NCBI GenBank assembly: GCA_965220375.1 | Contig: OZ244824.1 | Coordinates: forward strand, 776,406-840,405 | Direction of reading: 5' to 3' | DNA length: 64,000 bases | Source of the DNA: Dehalococcoidia bacterium | GTDB lineage: Bacteria > Chloroflexota > Dehalococcoidia > Lucifugimonadales > JAGWBF01 | Shown: positions 1 to 9,198 of the stretch, in pieces | How the letters are laid out: the number at the start of each line of letters is the position of its first letter | Numbering within the stretch: position 1 is the first letter of the stretch | Translations under genes and position numbers: made by a program | Notes under the pieces: model-generated | Told to the model about the DNA's origin: nothing | The model's database searches: none | Seen by the model: the letters and a program-made list of their open reading frames with translations, nothing else

Positions 1-564
1 TGCTGGCTGTCGCCTTGGGGGGATGCTTCTTAGTTCTACTTGTCTTGGGTTTGCCGCTGTACCCACTGACAGGCTCAGCGAGCTTTGATCCCGCTTTTGG
101 CTTCATTGGCGACATCTCCCCACAACTGCCCGGGCCCGCGGCATGGCTCGGCATTAGCCTGTTCTACCTCTTAGCATCCTCCGGCTTCGTACGGTGGTGC
201 CTTTCCGTTAGGCCGGTCCTTCCCAGCACCGCAAAGCTTCCCTTGCTGGTACGCCTCAACGGGCCTTTTGCCTTACCTGCATCGATTCTCGCAGTCCCCC
301 GTGTCCTCATTCCCGCCGGAATGGGCGGCGATCTCCTTCCTTCCCCTTCCCGCCGGATGGCTGCGCCAAGCGCCGCAGCACTTTCCGGCGCCTCTCCCCT
401 GCTGGAATAGCCCCTCCGCCCCAATGTAGCCCGTAACAGCTTGTGGCCCTGCGTGGCATCGCGTCAACCGCTGGCTGCGGCCGAATTCCCCAGTGCCCCT
501 TCACCGTTACGGGACACGTCCATCATTAAGGCCTCATCCCATTTCAACATCAAGGAGGAAAGAC

Positions 565-690
565 ATGCCTGGAAATCGGAGACCCGACGGGAAAGGACGG
601 TTCAGACCCAAGAATCCCTCCGAAAAAGCTCGGGAACTTATCGACAAGGCAAGGAGAACTTGGAAACGCTTTAAGGGGTCCATGAGGTGA
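565..690 (+). CDS. small basic hypothetical protein (41 aa), probably co-expressed with the downstream HNH gene
   Basis: AAGGAGG at 552-558 lies 6 nt upstream of ATG 565. The 41 codons are R/K-rich. The stop at 688-690 is 4 nt before the next ATG. No family recognised. Confidence 0.3.
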   Translation: MPGNRRPDGKGRFRPKNPSEKARELIDKARRTWKRFKGSMR

Positions 691-694
691 GAAG

Positions 695-2032
695 ATGTCC
701 CAAGCTATCGAAAGAACATGTAATATCTGTGGGGTCGCTAAACCCTTGGATAAGGGCTATTTCCATTTTCACTCACGCTTTAGCCGCTTTGTAAATCAAT
801 GCAAGGATTGCACTAATGCAAGGAGCAAAGCGAAGCGCGCTCGTGCTCACACGAAGAGACGATGCACCTGGTGTAAGAAGGAAAAACCGAAGGATGCGTT
901 CCCAGAACAGACGGGAACCCAAATATGCTTGGTCTGTCGAGAAAACCCTCCCAAAGAACGGGTGTGTAGCCGATGTGGAGCAGAGAAATCAACAGAGGGG
1001 TTCGAGAAAGGACGTGGGCGCAATCAGTGCAAAGAGTGCCGAAAGGAACTGCACCAGGAGCGGATAAACAAGATAGCCGATTCAGAGTGGGAGTGCACTC
1101 AATGCAATCATGTGAAATCCGCCGATAGTTTCCACTCAGGTCGTAGGGAATGCAAGGATTGTGTCGGTGAGGGCCGTCGAGCCCGCCGACGTAACGACTC
1201 CGATTGGGCCGAACTGGATAGAAAACGCAGCAAGATATATTACATACTCAACCACGAGGGCGTACGAGAATACGGCAAAAGGCGATGGGCAGGAACTCTT
1301 CGCCCCTGCAAGCTATGTGGCAAAGAAAAAACGCCAAGCGAGTTCATACGAAACCGGCAGATATGCTTGGATTGCAGCAATTCTCCTGTTCGAAAGTGTA
1401 CTTCATGTGGAGAAGACAAGCCGGCACGGGATTTTCGGGCCAATAGGCACAGCTTTTCATGCAGAGATTGCAGAAATGCTGAAGCGCAACGAGGGCGGAT
1501 CAAGAATCCAGAGCGGGTGAAGAAGGCCAGGCAGAAGCACCGCTCCAAACCCGGATACCGACAAAAGGAAAACGAGAGGAAGAAGTTTCTCTACCGAAAT
1601 AACTGCAGCTACGCAGCACAAGAACGCGAGCGTGCTAGCCGACGCCGGGCTCAAAAGGCGGAAAGTCTTATAGAAGAGATACCGCTAGACCACAAAGAGA
1701 CGTTGATAAAGAGCCAACAAGATAGATGCGCGTACTGCGGTAAGAAATTCGGCAATACCACTCTTAATCGCCCACATCTGGACCACTACAACCTACTCGC
1801 CAAAGGCGGCCAACACTCTACAGACAACCTGAAATTGGTTCTATGTGCACAGTGCAATGTACGCAAGGGAGATAAAGACCCGCCGGAGTTTGTACAGCAA
1901 GAATTGGGCCAACTGTTCGATCTGGCTACCATCCCGAAAACTTCCCCCGTTCATGCCAGAAAAAGGGGGAAGCGAGTGGGTCGCAGATCTGCACCGTCAC
2001 CCCAAAGAACCGGTCGCAGCAATTGCTCCTAA
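695..2032 (+). CDS. HNH endonuclease with six tandem N-terminal zinc-ribbon (CxxC-N16-23-CxxC) modules
   Basis: Cys pairs at residues 9/12+36/39, 57/60+78/81, 91/94+112/115, 134/137+153/156, 205/208+224/227 and 235/238+256/259, each with a CxxCgxxKpxxxF pattern. C-terminal HNH motif: CAYCG..HLDHYNLLAKGGQHSTDNLKLVLCAQCNVRKGDKDP. More AT-rich than flanking DNA by eye. Confidence 0.8.
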   Translation: MSQAIERTCNICGVAKPLDKGYFHFHSRFSRFVNQCKDCTNARSKAKRARAHTKRRCTWCKKEKPKDAFPEQTGTQICLVCRENPPKERVCSRCGAEKSTEGFEKGRGRNQCKECRKELHQERINKIADSEWECTQCNHVKSADSFHSGRRECKDCVGEGRRARRRNDSDWAELDRKRSKIYYILNHEGVREYGKRRWAGTLRPCKLCGKEKTPSEFIRNRQICLDCSNSPVRKCTSCGEDKPARDFRANRHSFSCRDCRNAEAQRGRIKNPERVKKARQKHRSKPGYRQKENERKKFLYRNNCSYAAQERERASRRRAQKAESLIEEIPLDHKETLIKSQQDRCAYCGKKFGNTTLNRPHLDHYNLLAKGGQHSTDNLKLVLCAQCNVRKGDKDPPEFVQQELGQLFDLATIPKTSPVHARKRGKRVGRRSAPSPQRTGRSNCS

Positions 2033-2113
2033 AGGCAGTTAGCAGCGAAACGGGCAGCGACTGAGCAGCCCCTCTCCCCGTGAAGATCCGTGCACGAATT
2101 GGTCCCAGGCTCG

Positions 2114-2377
2114 CCGTTCCCCTTCGAGTGCCTCAGGGCGAACGGCGAGCCTCTTCCTCAATACCGAACCGATAGGCTCCCGTTAGGACGGGCCCACACA
2201 CACCTCAGGGCGAACAGCGAGGCTCTTCCTCAATGCTAACCGATAAGCTCCCCCCATGACAAGCGCTCAGGCCACCCGTCCTTTCGCCCACAGGACTGCT
2301 ATCTGTCCGTTCGCCCTGAGGCACTCGAAGGGGAACGGACACAGCTCAGGCCCTCAGGGAAATCGAAGGGCGACCGG
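2114..2377. repeat. cluster of REP-like palindromic elements (family A: ccgttccccttcga..cctcagggcgaacgg)
   Basis: The copy at 2114-2145 has an exact inverted copy at 2307-2338. A variant inverted copy lies at 2351-2377. A ~47-bp unit starting cagggcgaac(g/a)gcgag(c/g)ctcttcctcaat occurs at about 2134-2181 and 2205-2252. Confidence 0.8.
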
Positions 2378-2536
2378 CTGCATCCAGGTCGTCACGCGCA
2401 AGATTCCCGCCCTCCTTTTTTCGCAAGAACAGCCTTAGCGGGAACGACGGTGGCCTAGGCAAGATGGACGTTTCACCCTCCCCCCAGTACCCTCTTCTCG
2501 AAGGAGAGGGATTTACAAAGGCCGGATAATAGGAAG

Positions 2537-3514
2537 ATGCAGCAAGTCATCAATCTACCCGAAGTGGACAAGGTCAGGATAACCGTCGTGGTGGACAACA
2601 CCATCGACCTTCTTCTGCCCAGCGGCGATGGGATAGAGCGGTACCCCCTGGGGCCTGCGTGGCTGGATAGTCTCGGGACCGTACCCAATCCCTGGGACAC
2701 GGCCATCGCCGAGCATGGTTACTCCACCCTTATAGAAGTGACCCAGGGCGACCGGCGCGGCACCCTCATGTACGACACGGGAGTGAGCGCCTACGGCCTC
2801 CTTCGCAACCTGGATGCTCTGGGCGCCGACGCACACGACATCCGCGCCATCACCATCAGCCACGGCCATCCGGACCACTCCATGGGGCTGCTGGGACTGG
2901 TGGACAGGCTTGGCTCCCGCTCCCTGCCCCTTGTGCTTCATCCCGACGCCTTCTTGGAGCGCAGGGTGATCCTTCCCGACGGCTACCATCTGAACTACCC
3001 GGCCCCCAGGAGGTCGGACTTCCGGGCGGAAGACATCGAGGTCATAGAAGAGGTCGGCCCTTCCATGCTGGTGGATGGCATGGCCCTGGTGTCGGGGGAG
3101 ATAGGGCGCACCAGCAGCTTCGAGACGGGCAACCCTTATCACCACGCCAACAGGGAGCATGGCTGGCAGCCGGACCCGCTGATTTCCGACGACCAGTGCG
3201 TCATCATGAACCTGCGGGGCAAGGGACTGGTGATAGTGACGGGGTGCGGGCATTCGGGCATCATAAACACCCTGCACAACGCCCAAGCCCTGACCGGCAT
3301 CGGGAACGTCCATGCCCTCGTGGGCGGCTTCCACCTGACGGGCAGCCTCATGGCCCCCCTGATTCCCCGCACCGTGTCCATGATCAGGGAGATTGGGCCT
3401 CGCTACATAATGCCAGGCCACTGCACCGGCTGGTCGGCATGCCACCAGCTGGCGACAGCTATGCCCGAAGCATTCGTGGCCAGCAGCGTGGGGACCACCC
3501 TGGAGCTAAGCTGA
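2537..3514 (+). CDS. MBL-fold metallo-hydrolase (COG1237-like)
   Basis: HxHxDH motif ISHGHPDHSMG. N-terminal ITVVVDN pattern typical of this beta-lactamase-fold subfamily. Confidence 0.85.
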   Translation: MQQVINLPEVDKVRITVVVDNTIDLLLPSGDGIERYPLGPAWLDSLGTVPNPWDTAIAEHGYSTLIEVTQGDRRGTLMYDTGVSAYGLLRNLDALGADAHDIRAITISHGHPDHSMGLLGLVDRLGSRSLPLVLHPDAFLERRVILPDGYHLNYPAPRRSDFRAEDIEVIEEVGPSMLVDGMALVSGEIGRTSSFETGNPYHHANREHGWQPDPLISDDQCVIMNLRGKGLVIVTGCGHSGIINTLHNAQALTGIGNVHALVGGFHLTGSLMAPLIPRTVSMIREIGPRYIMPGHCTGWSACHQLATAMPEAFVASSVGTTLELS

Positions 3515-3518
3515 AGAG

Positions 3519-4517
3519 CTAGCTGACTGCCACCGCCCGCAGCTCGGTGACCCCCTCGGGCAGCTGGTGTTCCTGCCATGTGTCCCCACCGTCCAGGCTG
3601 CCGAAGACCTGACCGTACCTGGTGCAGCAGTAGATTGTGGACGGGCGGCTGGAGCTCAGGGAAACGCAACGCACGGTGCTGTTGGGTTTGACTCCCTTGT
3701 CCGCCCTCTCCCACGTGGCGCCCATGTCCGATGAGCGCAGCAATGCCCCATCCTCGCCGTACACGCTGGCGCCCACGCCTGCGTAGAGGGTGCCGGGCAC
3801 ATGAGGGTCCAGCTTGAAGTCCCTGGTGTGGGTTATGGGGCTGAAGGGCTTCAGGTCTATGAACTCCCAGCGGCTGCCCCGGTCATGACCCCGCCAAGGC
3901 CCCAGGCGGGTGATCATGTAGGGCGTCTGGGGCTGCAAGGGGCTCATGGCTACGCCATGAATATCCACCCTGTCTTCATCCCCGATCATGCCGTTGTTTA
4001 TGGATTCCCAACTCTCTCCGCTGTCCAGGCTGCGGATCATCCCGCCCACCTCCATGCCGGCGTACATTTCAGCCGGGTTGGCCGGGTTGACCACCATGGC
4101 GATGATGCGGGTCGGAAACCCCAGGTCGCACACAGCCGCCGGGTCCACCACGATGGGCAGGGTATCCCAGGTGGCTCCGGCGTCCTTGCTGCGGTAGATG
4201 TGGGCCGGTGCAGTGCCGACGTAGATGGTGTCAGGCTGGCCGGGCTGGAAGGCGAAGGACCAGATTTCCAGCTCCGATTCGGGCAGGGCCACGGGGCTCC
4301 AGCTGTCTCCATGGTCGTAGCTGATGTAAGCGCCCTTCCGGGTTCCCAGCAGCACCATATCCGGCCGGGCCGGATTGACCGCCACCTGCACCACCACCAG
4401 GTCGGCAGGCAGGCCGTTGGTCAGCGCCTCCCAGGAGGCATCGCCCTCCCCTTTCCTCACCAAGCCTCCCTTTTCCCCGCCTACGTAGATATAGGGTCTA
4501 CTTGTCGTCTGTACCAT
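3519..4517 (-). CDS. BNR/Asp-box repeat beta-propeller protein (sialidase-like / Ycf48-like fold)
   Basis: Five SxDxGxTW-type Asp-boxes: SYDHGDSW, SKDAGATW, SLDSGESW, SSDMGATW, SLDGGDTW. Confidence 0.8.
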   Translation of the reverse strand: MVQTTSRPYIYVGGEKGGLVRKGEGDASWEALTNGLPADLVVVQVAVNPARPDMVLLGTRKGAYISYDHGDSWSPVALPESELEIWSFAFQPGQPDTIYVGTAPAHIYRSKDAGATWDTLPIVVDPAAVCDLGFPTRIIAMVVNPANPAEMYAGMEVGGMIRSLDSGESWESINNGMIGDEDRVDIHGVAMSPLQPQTPYMITRLGPWRGHDRGSRWEFIDLKPFSPITHTRDFKLDPHVPGTLYAGVGASVYGEDGALLRSSDMGATWERADKGVKPNSTVRCVSLSSSRPSTIYCCTRYGQVFGSLDGGDTWQEHQLPEGVTELRAVAVS

Positions 4518-4727
4518 GCGGCACCCCTTAATGAAATGATGGGCAGCCCCAGCAGCCTCTCGTGAAATCGCCTGGGTTGGGAATGGCTCAATAATACCAC
4601 CGGCCCGTGCGAGTTGTCAGATGGCCACAGTGGAGAACTCCTAGTCCTTAAGAGAGCTGGTATCCAGACCAGCGCACCTCGGCATACTGGTCTTCACCAA
4701 GATGACGCTGCCCTGCAACAGCCTCCC

Positions 4728-4756
4728 CTGGATTGCGGCTTCCGCCGCAATGACGG
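4728..4756. repeat. REP-like hairpin, family B (ctggattGcggcttccgccgCaatgacgg)
   Basis: Perfect 8-bp stem attgcggc/gccgcaat with ttcc loop. A second copy lies at 5903-5931. Confidence 0.8.
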
Positions 4757-4905
4757 CATGGCCCTAAGCTCCCCTTAGCCTTGGGTAGATGTGACAGGGC
4801 TCAGGGTGGGGCCAGCGTTGACATGGCAAGCTGGCTGGCCATACACTCCTGCCTACACACAGGAGCGCAAGTCGTACATCTCGCGTTGCGGACTGGAGGA
4901 AAAGA

Positions 4906-5775
4906 ATGAACGTCGACCTGGTAAAGGTGCAAACGAAGGATGGCCTACGGCTGGACGGCTTCCTGAGGTCTCCGGCCGGCTCCTCGGCATCCCAGCTTAG
5001 CGTGGACATACTGATCATGCTTCACGGGGTGGGAGGAAACTTCTATGGCCCCGGGCTGTTCGAGGAGATGGCCGATTATGCAGTCGATGCTGGCTGTGCC
5101 GTCCTGAGGGTGAACAACCGCGGCCATGACCCCGTGAGCCGGGGGCCGCTGGACGGGCAGAGGTTCGGCGCCGCCTATGAGATGGTGGATGAATCTTGCC
5201 ACGACTGGGACGCCTGGATCTCCTTTGCCCAAGACGCGGGTTACCGAAATATCGGGCTCTGGGGCCACAGCTTGGGCGCGGTCAAGTCCATATACTACAT
5301 GGCTTCCGAAAAGGACTCCCGCATCAAGAGCATGGTTGCCAGCTCGCCTCCCCGCTTCTCCCACAACGCATACCAGGGCATGGCCGACTGGAGCAAGTAC
5401 GTAGAGCAGCTGGAGGAGGCCCAGCAGCACATCTCCGACGGCCACCCGGAAGCGCTAATGGAGGTGCGTTACCCCAGCGCCAACCTGCTCACCGCTAAGG
5501 TGTTCCTGGACAAGTACGGGCCCGGCGAAAAATATGATGTGGTAAGGCTGCTGCCCGACGTCAAGGTGCCTACGCTGGTGACCCTTGGCAGCCTCGAAGG
5601 GGTCGAGCGGGGCCAGTCCAACTCCCTCATGGGCTTTGCAGGCCTGGCCGGTGAGCTGGAAAAGGTGTCCGGCGAGTTCGACCACCTGACCTACGCATCC
5701 ATCCCCAACGGGGACCACTTCTACACCGGGGAGCGAGAGCCTGCCTGGAAGATCGTTCAGGGCTTCCTGGCTTAG
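4906..5775 (+). CDS. alpha/beta-fold hydrolase
   Basis: Nucleophile elbow GHSLGA. Length and overall pattern fit alpha/beta hydrolases. Substrate unknown. Confidence 0.8.
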   Translation: MNVDLVKVQTKDGLRLDGFLRSPAGSSASQLSVDILIMLHGVGGNFYGPGLFEEMADYAVDAGCAVLRVNNRGHDPVSRGPLDGQRFGAAYEMVDESCHDWDAWISFAQDAGYRNIGLWGHSLGAVKSIYYMASEKDSRIKSMVASSPPRFSHNAYQGMADWSKYVEQLEEAQQHISDGHPEALMEVRYPSANLLTAKVFLDKYGPGEKYDVVRLLPDVKVPTLVTLGSLEGVERGQSNSLMGFAGLAGELEKVSGEFDHLTYASIPNGDHFYTGEREPAWKIVQGFLA

Positions 5776-5823
5776 CAGCCGCTAAGCCCATCTTGTCTCC
5801 CAGGGGAGAAGGGACAAGGTTAC

Positions 5824-5863
5824 TCCCTCGCCCTTGAGAGAAGAGGGGTTGGGGGTGAGGGGG
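5824..5863. repeat. intergenic repeat family C (ctccctcgcccttgagag..ggggttgggggtgaggg)
   Basis: Related copies at 11435-11475 (inverted) and 36073-36104. Flanked by family D hairpins tctccc-N-gggaga at about 5796-5814 and 5978-6000. Confidence 0.7.
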
Positions 5864-5902
5864 GAATCCCTGAATGCCAAGGCTTTGAAGGGGCAGGTCT
5901 CC

Positions 5903-5931
5903 CTGGATTCCGGCTTCCGCCGGAATGACGG
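5903..5931. repeat. REP-like hairpin, family B, second copy (ctggattCcggcttccgccgGaatgacgg)
   Basis: Stem attccggc/gccggaat. It differs from the 4728 copy by a paired G>C and C>G change that keeps the stem intact. Confidence 0.8.
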
Positions 5932-6054
5932 AGCACCGTTTTGAAGGGCGGATGGTCTGTTCCCCCTCATCCTAGCCTTCTCCCCCAGGGGAGAAGGGAC
6001 TGAGTGCCAGGGCGTAGGGACAATTTTTCACCCCTCGCCCAGGGGGAAAAGGCT

Positions 6055-7743
6055 CTAGAAGAAGGCCTCTTCCTGGTGGACGACTCTGCCTCCCACCATG
6101 GTCAGCAGCGACCTCAGCTCGGGTATGCCATCTTCGGGCATGGTCAGCAGGTCATCGGACAGGACCGCTAGGTCCGCCAGCTTGCCTGGTTCCAGGGAGC
6201 CAAGGCGGTGTTCGTCGAAGGTGAAGTAGGTCCCGAACTGGGTGAATGCTCGCAGGGCCTCCATGCGGCTAAGCACCTGGCCAGGCCCCAGCACCGTTCC
6301 TGTGTGCCTCTCCTTGCGGACGACGGCCGCCCATAGGGTGGCAAAGGGGTTGTAGGGCTTGTTGTCGGTCCCCAGGGCATACCGGGCGCCTTCCTCCAGG
6401 TACATCCTGTGGCTGACAGCTATGTCGGCCAGGTGGGGCGTTTCGAAGTACCGGTTCCCCCGGAGCCACAGCTCCGTGAGGGGCAGGGTTTCCATCAGCA
6501 TTCCCAGGTCCCTGATGCGCCCTACCTGCTGGCGAGTAAGCTGGCGGGCGTGTATCCACACCCAACGGCGCCCGTCGATGGGCGTAGTCCTGTGGATGTC
6601 CTCAAACAGGTCAAGTGCTCCGTCGGCGTCCTGCCCGGCCAGCGCGTTGACCCTGAGGTTATGGCGAGCCGCCATGCGCACCAGCTCCCTGAACTCCTCG
6701 GGCGAGTAGTGGCTCTCGGCAAAGCCTGCCCAGCCGGTGTAGGGCAGCTCTGCCGAGCGGGTCTCGGCGACGTAGGGCACGCTGCTGGCCTGGATGAAGT
6801 ATCCCCCGGTCCTCAGCATATCGTCGCCAAAGCCTTTGTCCGATGCGAAGTAGCTCCAGCGGGCCATATCATCTTCGGCGCCCTCCAGCGACTTCCAGGT
6901 GGGGCTGACCACAAGGTATGAACGGACGGTCATTTCCCCCGAGTCCCACAGCTCCTTGTAAACGCTCATCACCTCGGGCGCGATGCCATGTCCCTCGTAG
7001 ATGGACGTTGTGCCCACGGAGTTGTACAGGCGCATGGACTCCTTCAAAGCAGCCACCCGCTGCTCGTGGGTGAAGCGGGGCACCACCCTCATCAGGTTGA
7101 ACTCCACGGTGGGAAAGCGATTGGCATCGACGAACACCCCTGTAGGCTCCCCCGCTTCGTCTCGCTCTATGGTCACGTTGGAATCGGGGCTGGGTGTGTC
7201 CCTGTCTATTGCCGCCAGCTTCAGCGCCGCACTGTTGGCAACGGAGACCGACGGGGGAACGTTCCATGCTGTCCAGATGCCCCGGATGTACACAGGATTG
7301 TCCGGCGAGACCTGGTCCAGCTCCCACCGGGTGGGATAGCGTCCCTCGGCCAGCTGCTCGGGCACCCCGGAAAAGTTGGGCGGGTCCCCTATGGGCATCG
7401 TTACGACCCATTCCCCGGGAGGCGTGCGGTCAACCTCCCGCTTGACAACAGCCAGGACATCACCTATGGAAGACACCCCCGCCAGGGATGGAAACAGGCC
7501 CTTCAACCCTTCCCGGTCCATGTGGGCGTGGGTGTCTATGATGCCGGGAATCACGGTGCGGCCCCTTAGGTCGATGACCCGGGTGCCGGGCCCAGCCAGG
7601 GACAGGATGTCATCGTTGGCGCCCACTGCCTGAATGGCGCTCCCGGAGACACCCACCGCCTGCCCGATGGAGTCCGATTCATCTACGCTTATCACCTTGC
7701 CGTTGTGGAATATGTAGTCGGCCCGACTTGTTTCCTGCGCCAC
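6055..7743 (-). CDS. amidohydrolase-family metal-dependent hydrolase (amidohydrolase_3 / YtcJ-like)
   Basis: N-terminal beta-sandwich followed by the metal motif IIDTHAHMD. Size of 562 aa is typical of YtcJ-like enzymes. Confidence 0.85.
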   Translation of the reverse strand: MAQETSRADYIFHNGKVISVDESDSIGQAVGVSGSAIQAVGANDDILSLAGPGTRVIDLRGRTVIPGIIDTHAHMDREGLKGLFPSLAGVSSIGDVLAVVKREVDRTPPGEWVVTMPIGDPPNFSGVPEQLAEGRYPTRWELDQVSPDNPVYIRGIWTAWNVPPSVSVANSAALKLAAIDRDTPSPDSNVTIERDEAGEPTGVFVDANRFPTVEFNLMRVVPRFTHEQRVAALKESMRLYNSVGTTSIYEGHGIAPEVMSVYKELWDSGEMTVRSYLVVSPTWKSLEGAEDDMARWSYFASDKGFGDDMLRTGGYFIQASSVPYVAETRSAELPYTGWAGFAESHYSPEEFRELVRMAARHNLRVNALAGQDADGALDLFEDIHRTTPIDGRRWVWIHARQLTRQQVGRIRDLGMLMETLPLTELWLRGNRYFETPHLADIAVSHRMYLEEGARYALGTDNKPYNPFATLWAAVVRKERHTGTVLGPGQVLSRMEALRAFTQFGTYFTFDEHRLGSLEPGKLADLAVLSDDLLTMPEDGIPELRSLLTMVGGRVVHQEEAFF

Positions 7744-7941
7744 GCCGTCGCCTCCTCAATGGTGTCCAGATGTTTGCAGTATAGGGGGATTCCAGCCTAT
7801 CGCCAAGGCGGGCACCCACACCCGGCCAGCTGGTGGCTGCGCCCTTTCCGATGTCTGTCCCAGATGATAGGATAGCCCTGCTAGAGGTACATCCAGGGAA
7901 TGTCCCCATTCCCAAGCTCGGACCACTCAGAGGAGGGAAAG

Positions 7942-9090
7942 ATGGCATCAGAAGATTGGGGCAGCATATACAAAGAACTGGGAGCAACTCCCATAATCAA
8001 CGCCATCGGCAGCCTGACCCTGCTGGGAGGCTCGGTTCCCGCGCCGGAGGTGAAGGAGGCCATGGAGCGGGCCAACAGCGCCTACATACCCTTGATGGAG
8101 CTCCAGGAAAAGGCGGGTGCGGCCGTGGCGGAGATGGCGGATGTGCCCGCCGCATACGTCACTTCAGGTGCAGGCTCAGCCCTAACCCTGGCTACGGCAG
8201 CGGTAATGGCCGGGGACGACGACGCCAAGATACAGCAGCTACCCGACACCACAGGAATGAAGAACGAAATCCTCATCCAGACGAGGCAGAGGTACTGGTA
8301 CGACAGGTGCCTGGAGCTGGCCGGCGCAAAGCTGGTGAACTTCGGGAGCGCCGATGGCACCACCCCGGATGACCTGGAGGCTGCCATAGGCCCCAACACT
8401 GCCGCGGTGGTCTACTACGCCACCGAGCAGTACCCTGATCCCAAAGCCCTCTCCTTTGAAGACACCCTGAGGGTAGCCAAGGAGCACGACCTGCCCGTCC
8501 TGGTGGACTCGGCGGGTCAGATTTATCCCTTGGAGCTGTTCGGCAAGTACGTCCGGGCAGGGGCGGACTTCCAGTGCATAGCCGCCAAGTACATGGGCTC
8601 CACCCAGTCCACGGGCTTGGCCCTGGGGACAAAAGAGATGGTGCGAAAGATATCGCTGCACTCCTTCGTGGGCTACGAGGGACGGCGGATACGGGGCGTC
8701 GGCAGGCCCCAGAAGGTGGACAGGCAGGAGATGATGGGCGTCCTCGCCGCGGTGCGTCGCTGGATGACGATGAACCACGAAGAGCGGCTGGCCGACTCCG
8801 AGAGCAAGTCCAGGACCATCCTGTCATCCCTTCAAGGCATCCCCGGCCTGAAAGTCGAGCTCATCGACAACGTCATCGGACACCAAGCCTTCGGCGTCAC
8901 CTTGAGCATCGATCCTCAAGAGGCGGGAATGACGGGGCAAGATCTGGTGGCCAGGTTGAAGGAGGGCGACCCTCCCATCTGGACCCGGGTGCGGGATGGT
9001 GAAGAGCAGATCATCATCCATGTATTCGGCCTCAGAGACGGCGAAGATGCCATCGTCGGCCAGCGCATCGCCGCCCTCTTCGCCCGCTAA
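7942..9090 (+). CDS. SelA-like PLP-dependent enzyme (DgaE / COG1921-type)
   Basis: The pattern IINAIGSLTLLGGSVPAPEVKEAM and the candidate PLP lysine in AAKYMG resemble the SelA-like family. Start moved to ATG 7942, behind GGAGGG at 7932-7937. Confidence 0.6.
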   Translation: MASEDWGSIYKELGATPIINAIGSLTLLGGSVPAPEVKEAMERANSAYIPLMELQEKAGAAVAEMADVPAAYVTSGAGSALTLATAAVMAGDDDAKIQQLPDTTGMKNEILIQTRQRYWYDRCLELAGAKLVNFGSADGTTPDDLEAAIGPNTAAVVYYATEQYPDPKALSFEDTLRVAKEHDLPVLVDSAGQIYPLELFGKYVRAGADFQCIAAKYMGSTQSTGLALGTKEMVRKISLHSFVGYEGRRIRGVGRPQKVDRQEMMGVLAAVRRWMTMNHEERLADSESKSRTILSSLQGIPGLKVELIDNVIGHQAFGVTLSIDPQEAGMTGQDLVARLKEGDPPIWTRVRDGEEQIIIHVFGLRDGEDAIVGQRIAALFAR

Positions 9091-9100
9091 GCCCTGCAGC

Positions 9101-9192
9101 CCTCCTCCCTTGACGGGAGGGGGAGTAATGAATGTCCCTTCTCCCATGGTGGGAGAAGGTTAGAGCCTGCCCCGGACTTGATCCGGGGATGG
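9101..9192. repeat. three consecutive hairpins between convergent genes (family D type; possible bidirectional terminators)
   Basis: ctccc-ttgac-gggag; a perfect 10-bp stem ccttctccca/tgggagaagg at 9137-9159; cccgga-cttga-tccggg. No clear U-tracts. Confidence 0.6.
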
Positions 9193-9198
9193 GGGAGA

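Noticed and set aside
1-410. An open frame running in from the left window edge (track ORF 15-410, TTG-initiated). It has two hydrophobic stretches and could be the C-terminus of a membrane protein.
   Set aside because: No recognisable domain, a low-complexity P/A/S-rich tail, and it contains REP-like sequence (ccgccggaatg near 315-335). I cannot distinguish it from non-coding DNA without the upstream sequence, so it is not reported as a feature.
1-540. Possible structured RNA. I looked for group II intron domain V, RNase P, tmRNA and riboswitch signatures because an HNH gene follows.
   Set aside because: The ccggcttcgtacgg..ccgttaggccgg segment pairs only partially and does not fit the domain V consensus. 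No reverse transcriptase/maturase is present. No other conserved RNA motif was recognised.
2100-2400. CRISPR array, considered here and also at 36187-36340, because of repeated ~30-50 bp units.
   Set aside because: There are only two direct units at each site. The repeats are strongly palindromic and dispersed in both orientations across the window (REP/MITE behaviour). There are no cas genes.
7942-9090. The SelA-like gene as supporting evidence for selenocysteine machinery.
   Set aside because: It is shorter than true SelA and matches the DgaE/SelA-like PLP enzyme group rather than Sec synthase. It says nothing about Sec incorporation. selB, selC and selD must be sought elsewhere.
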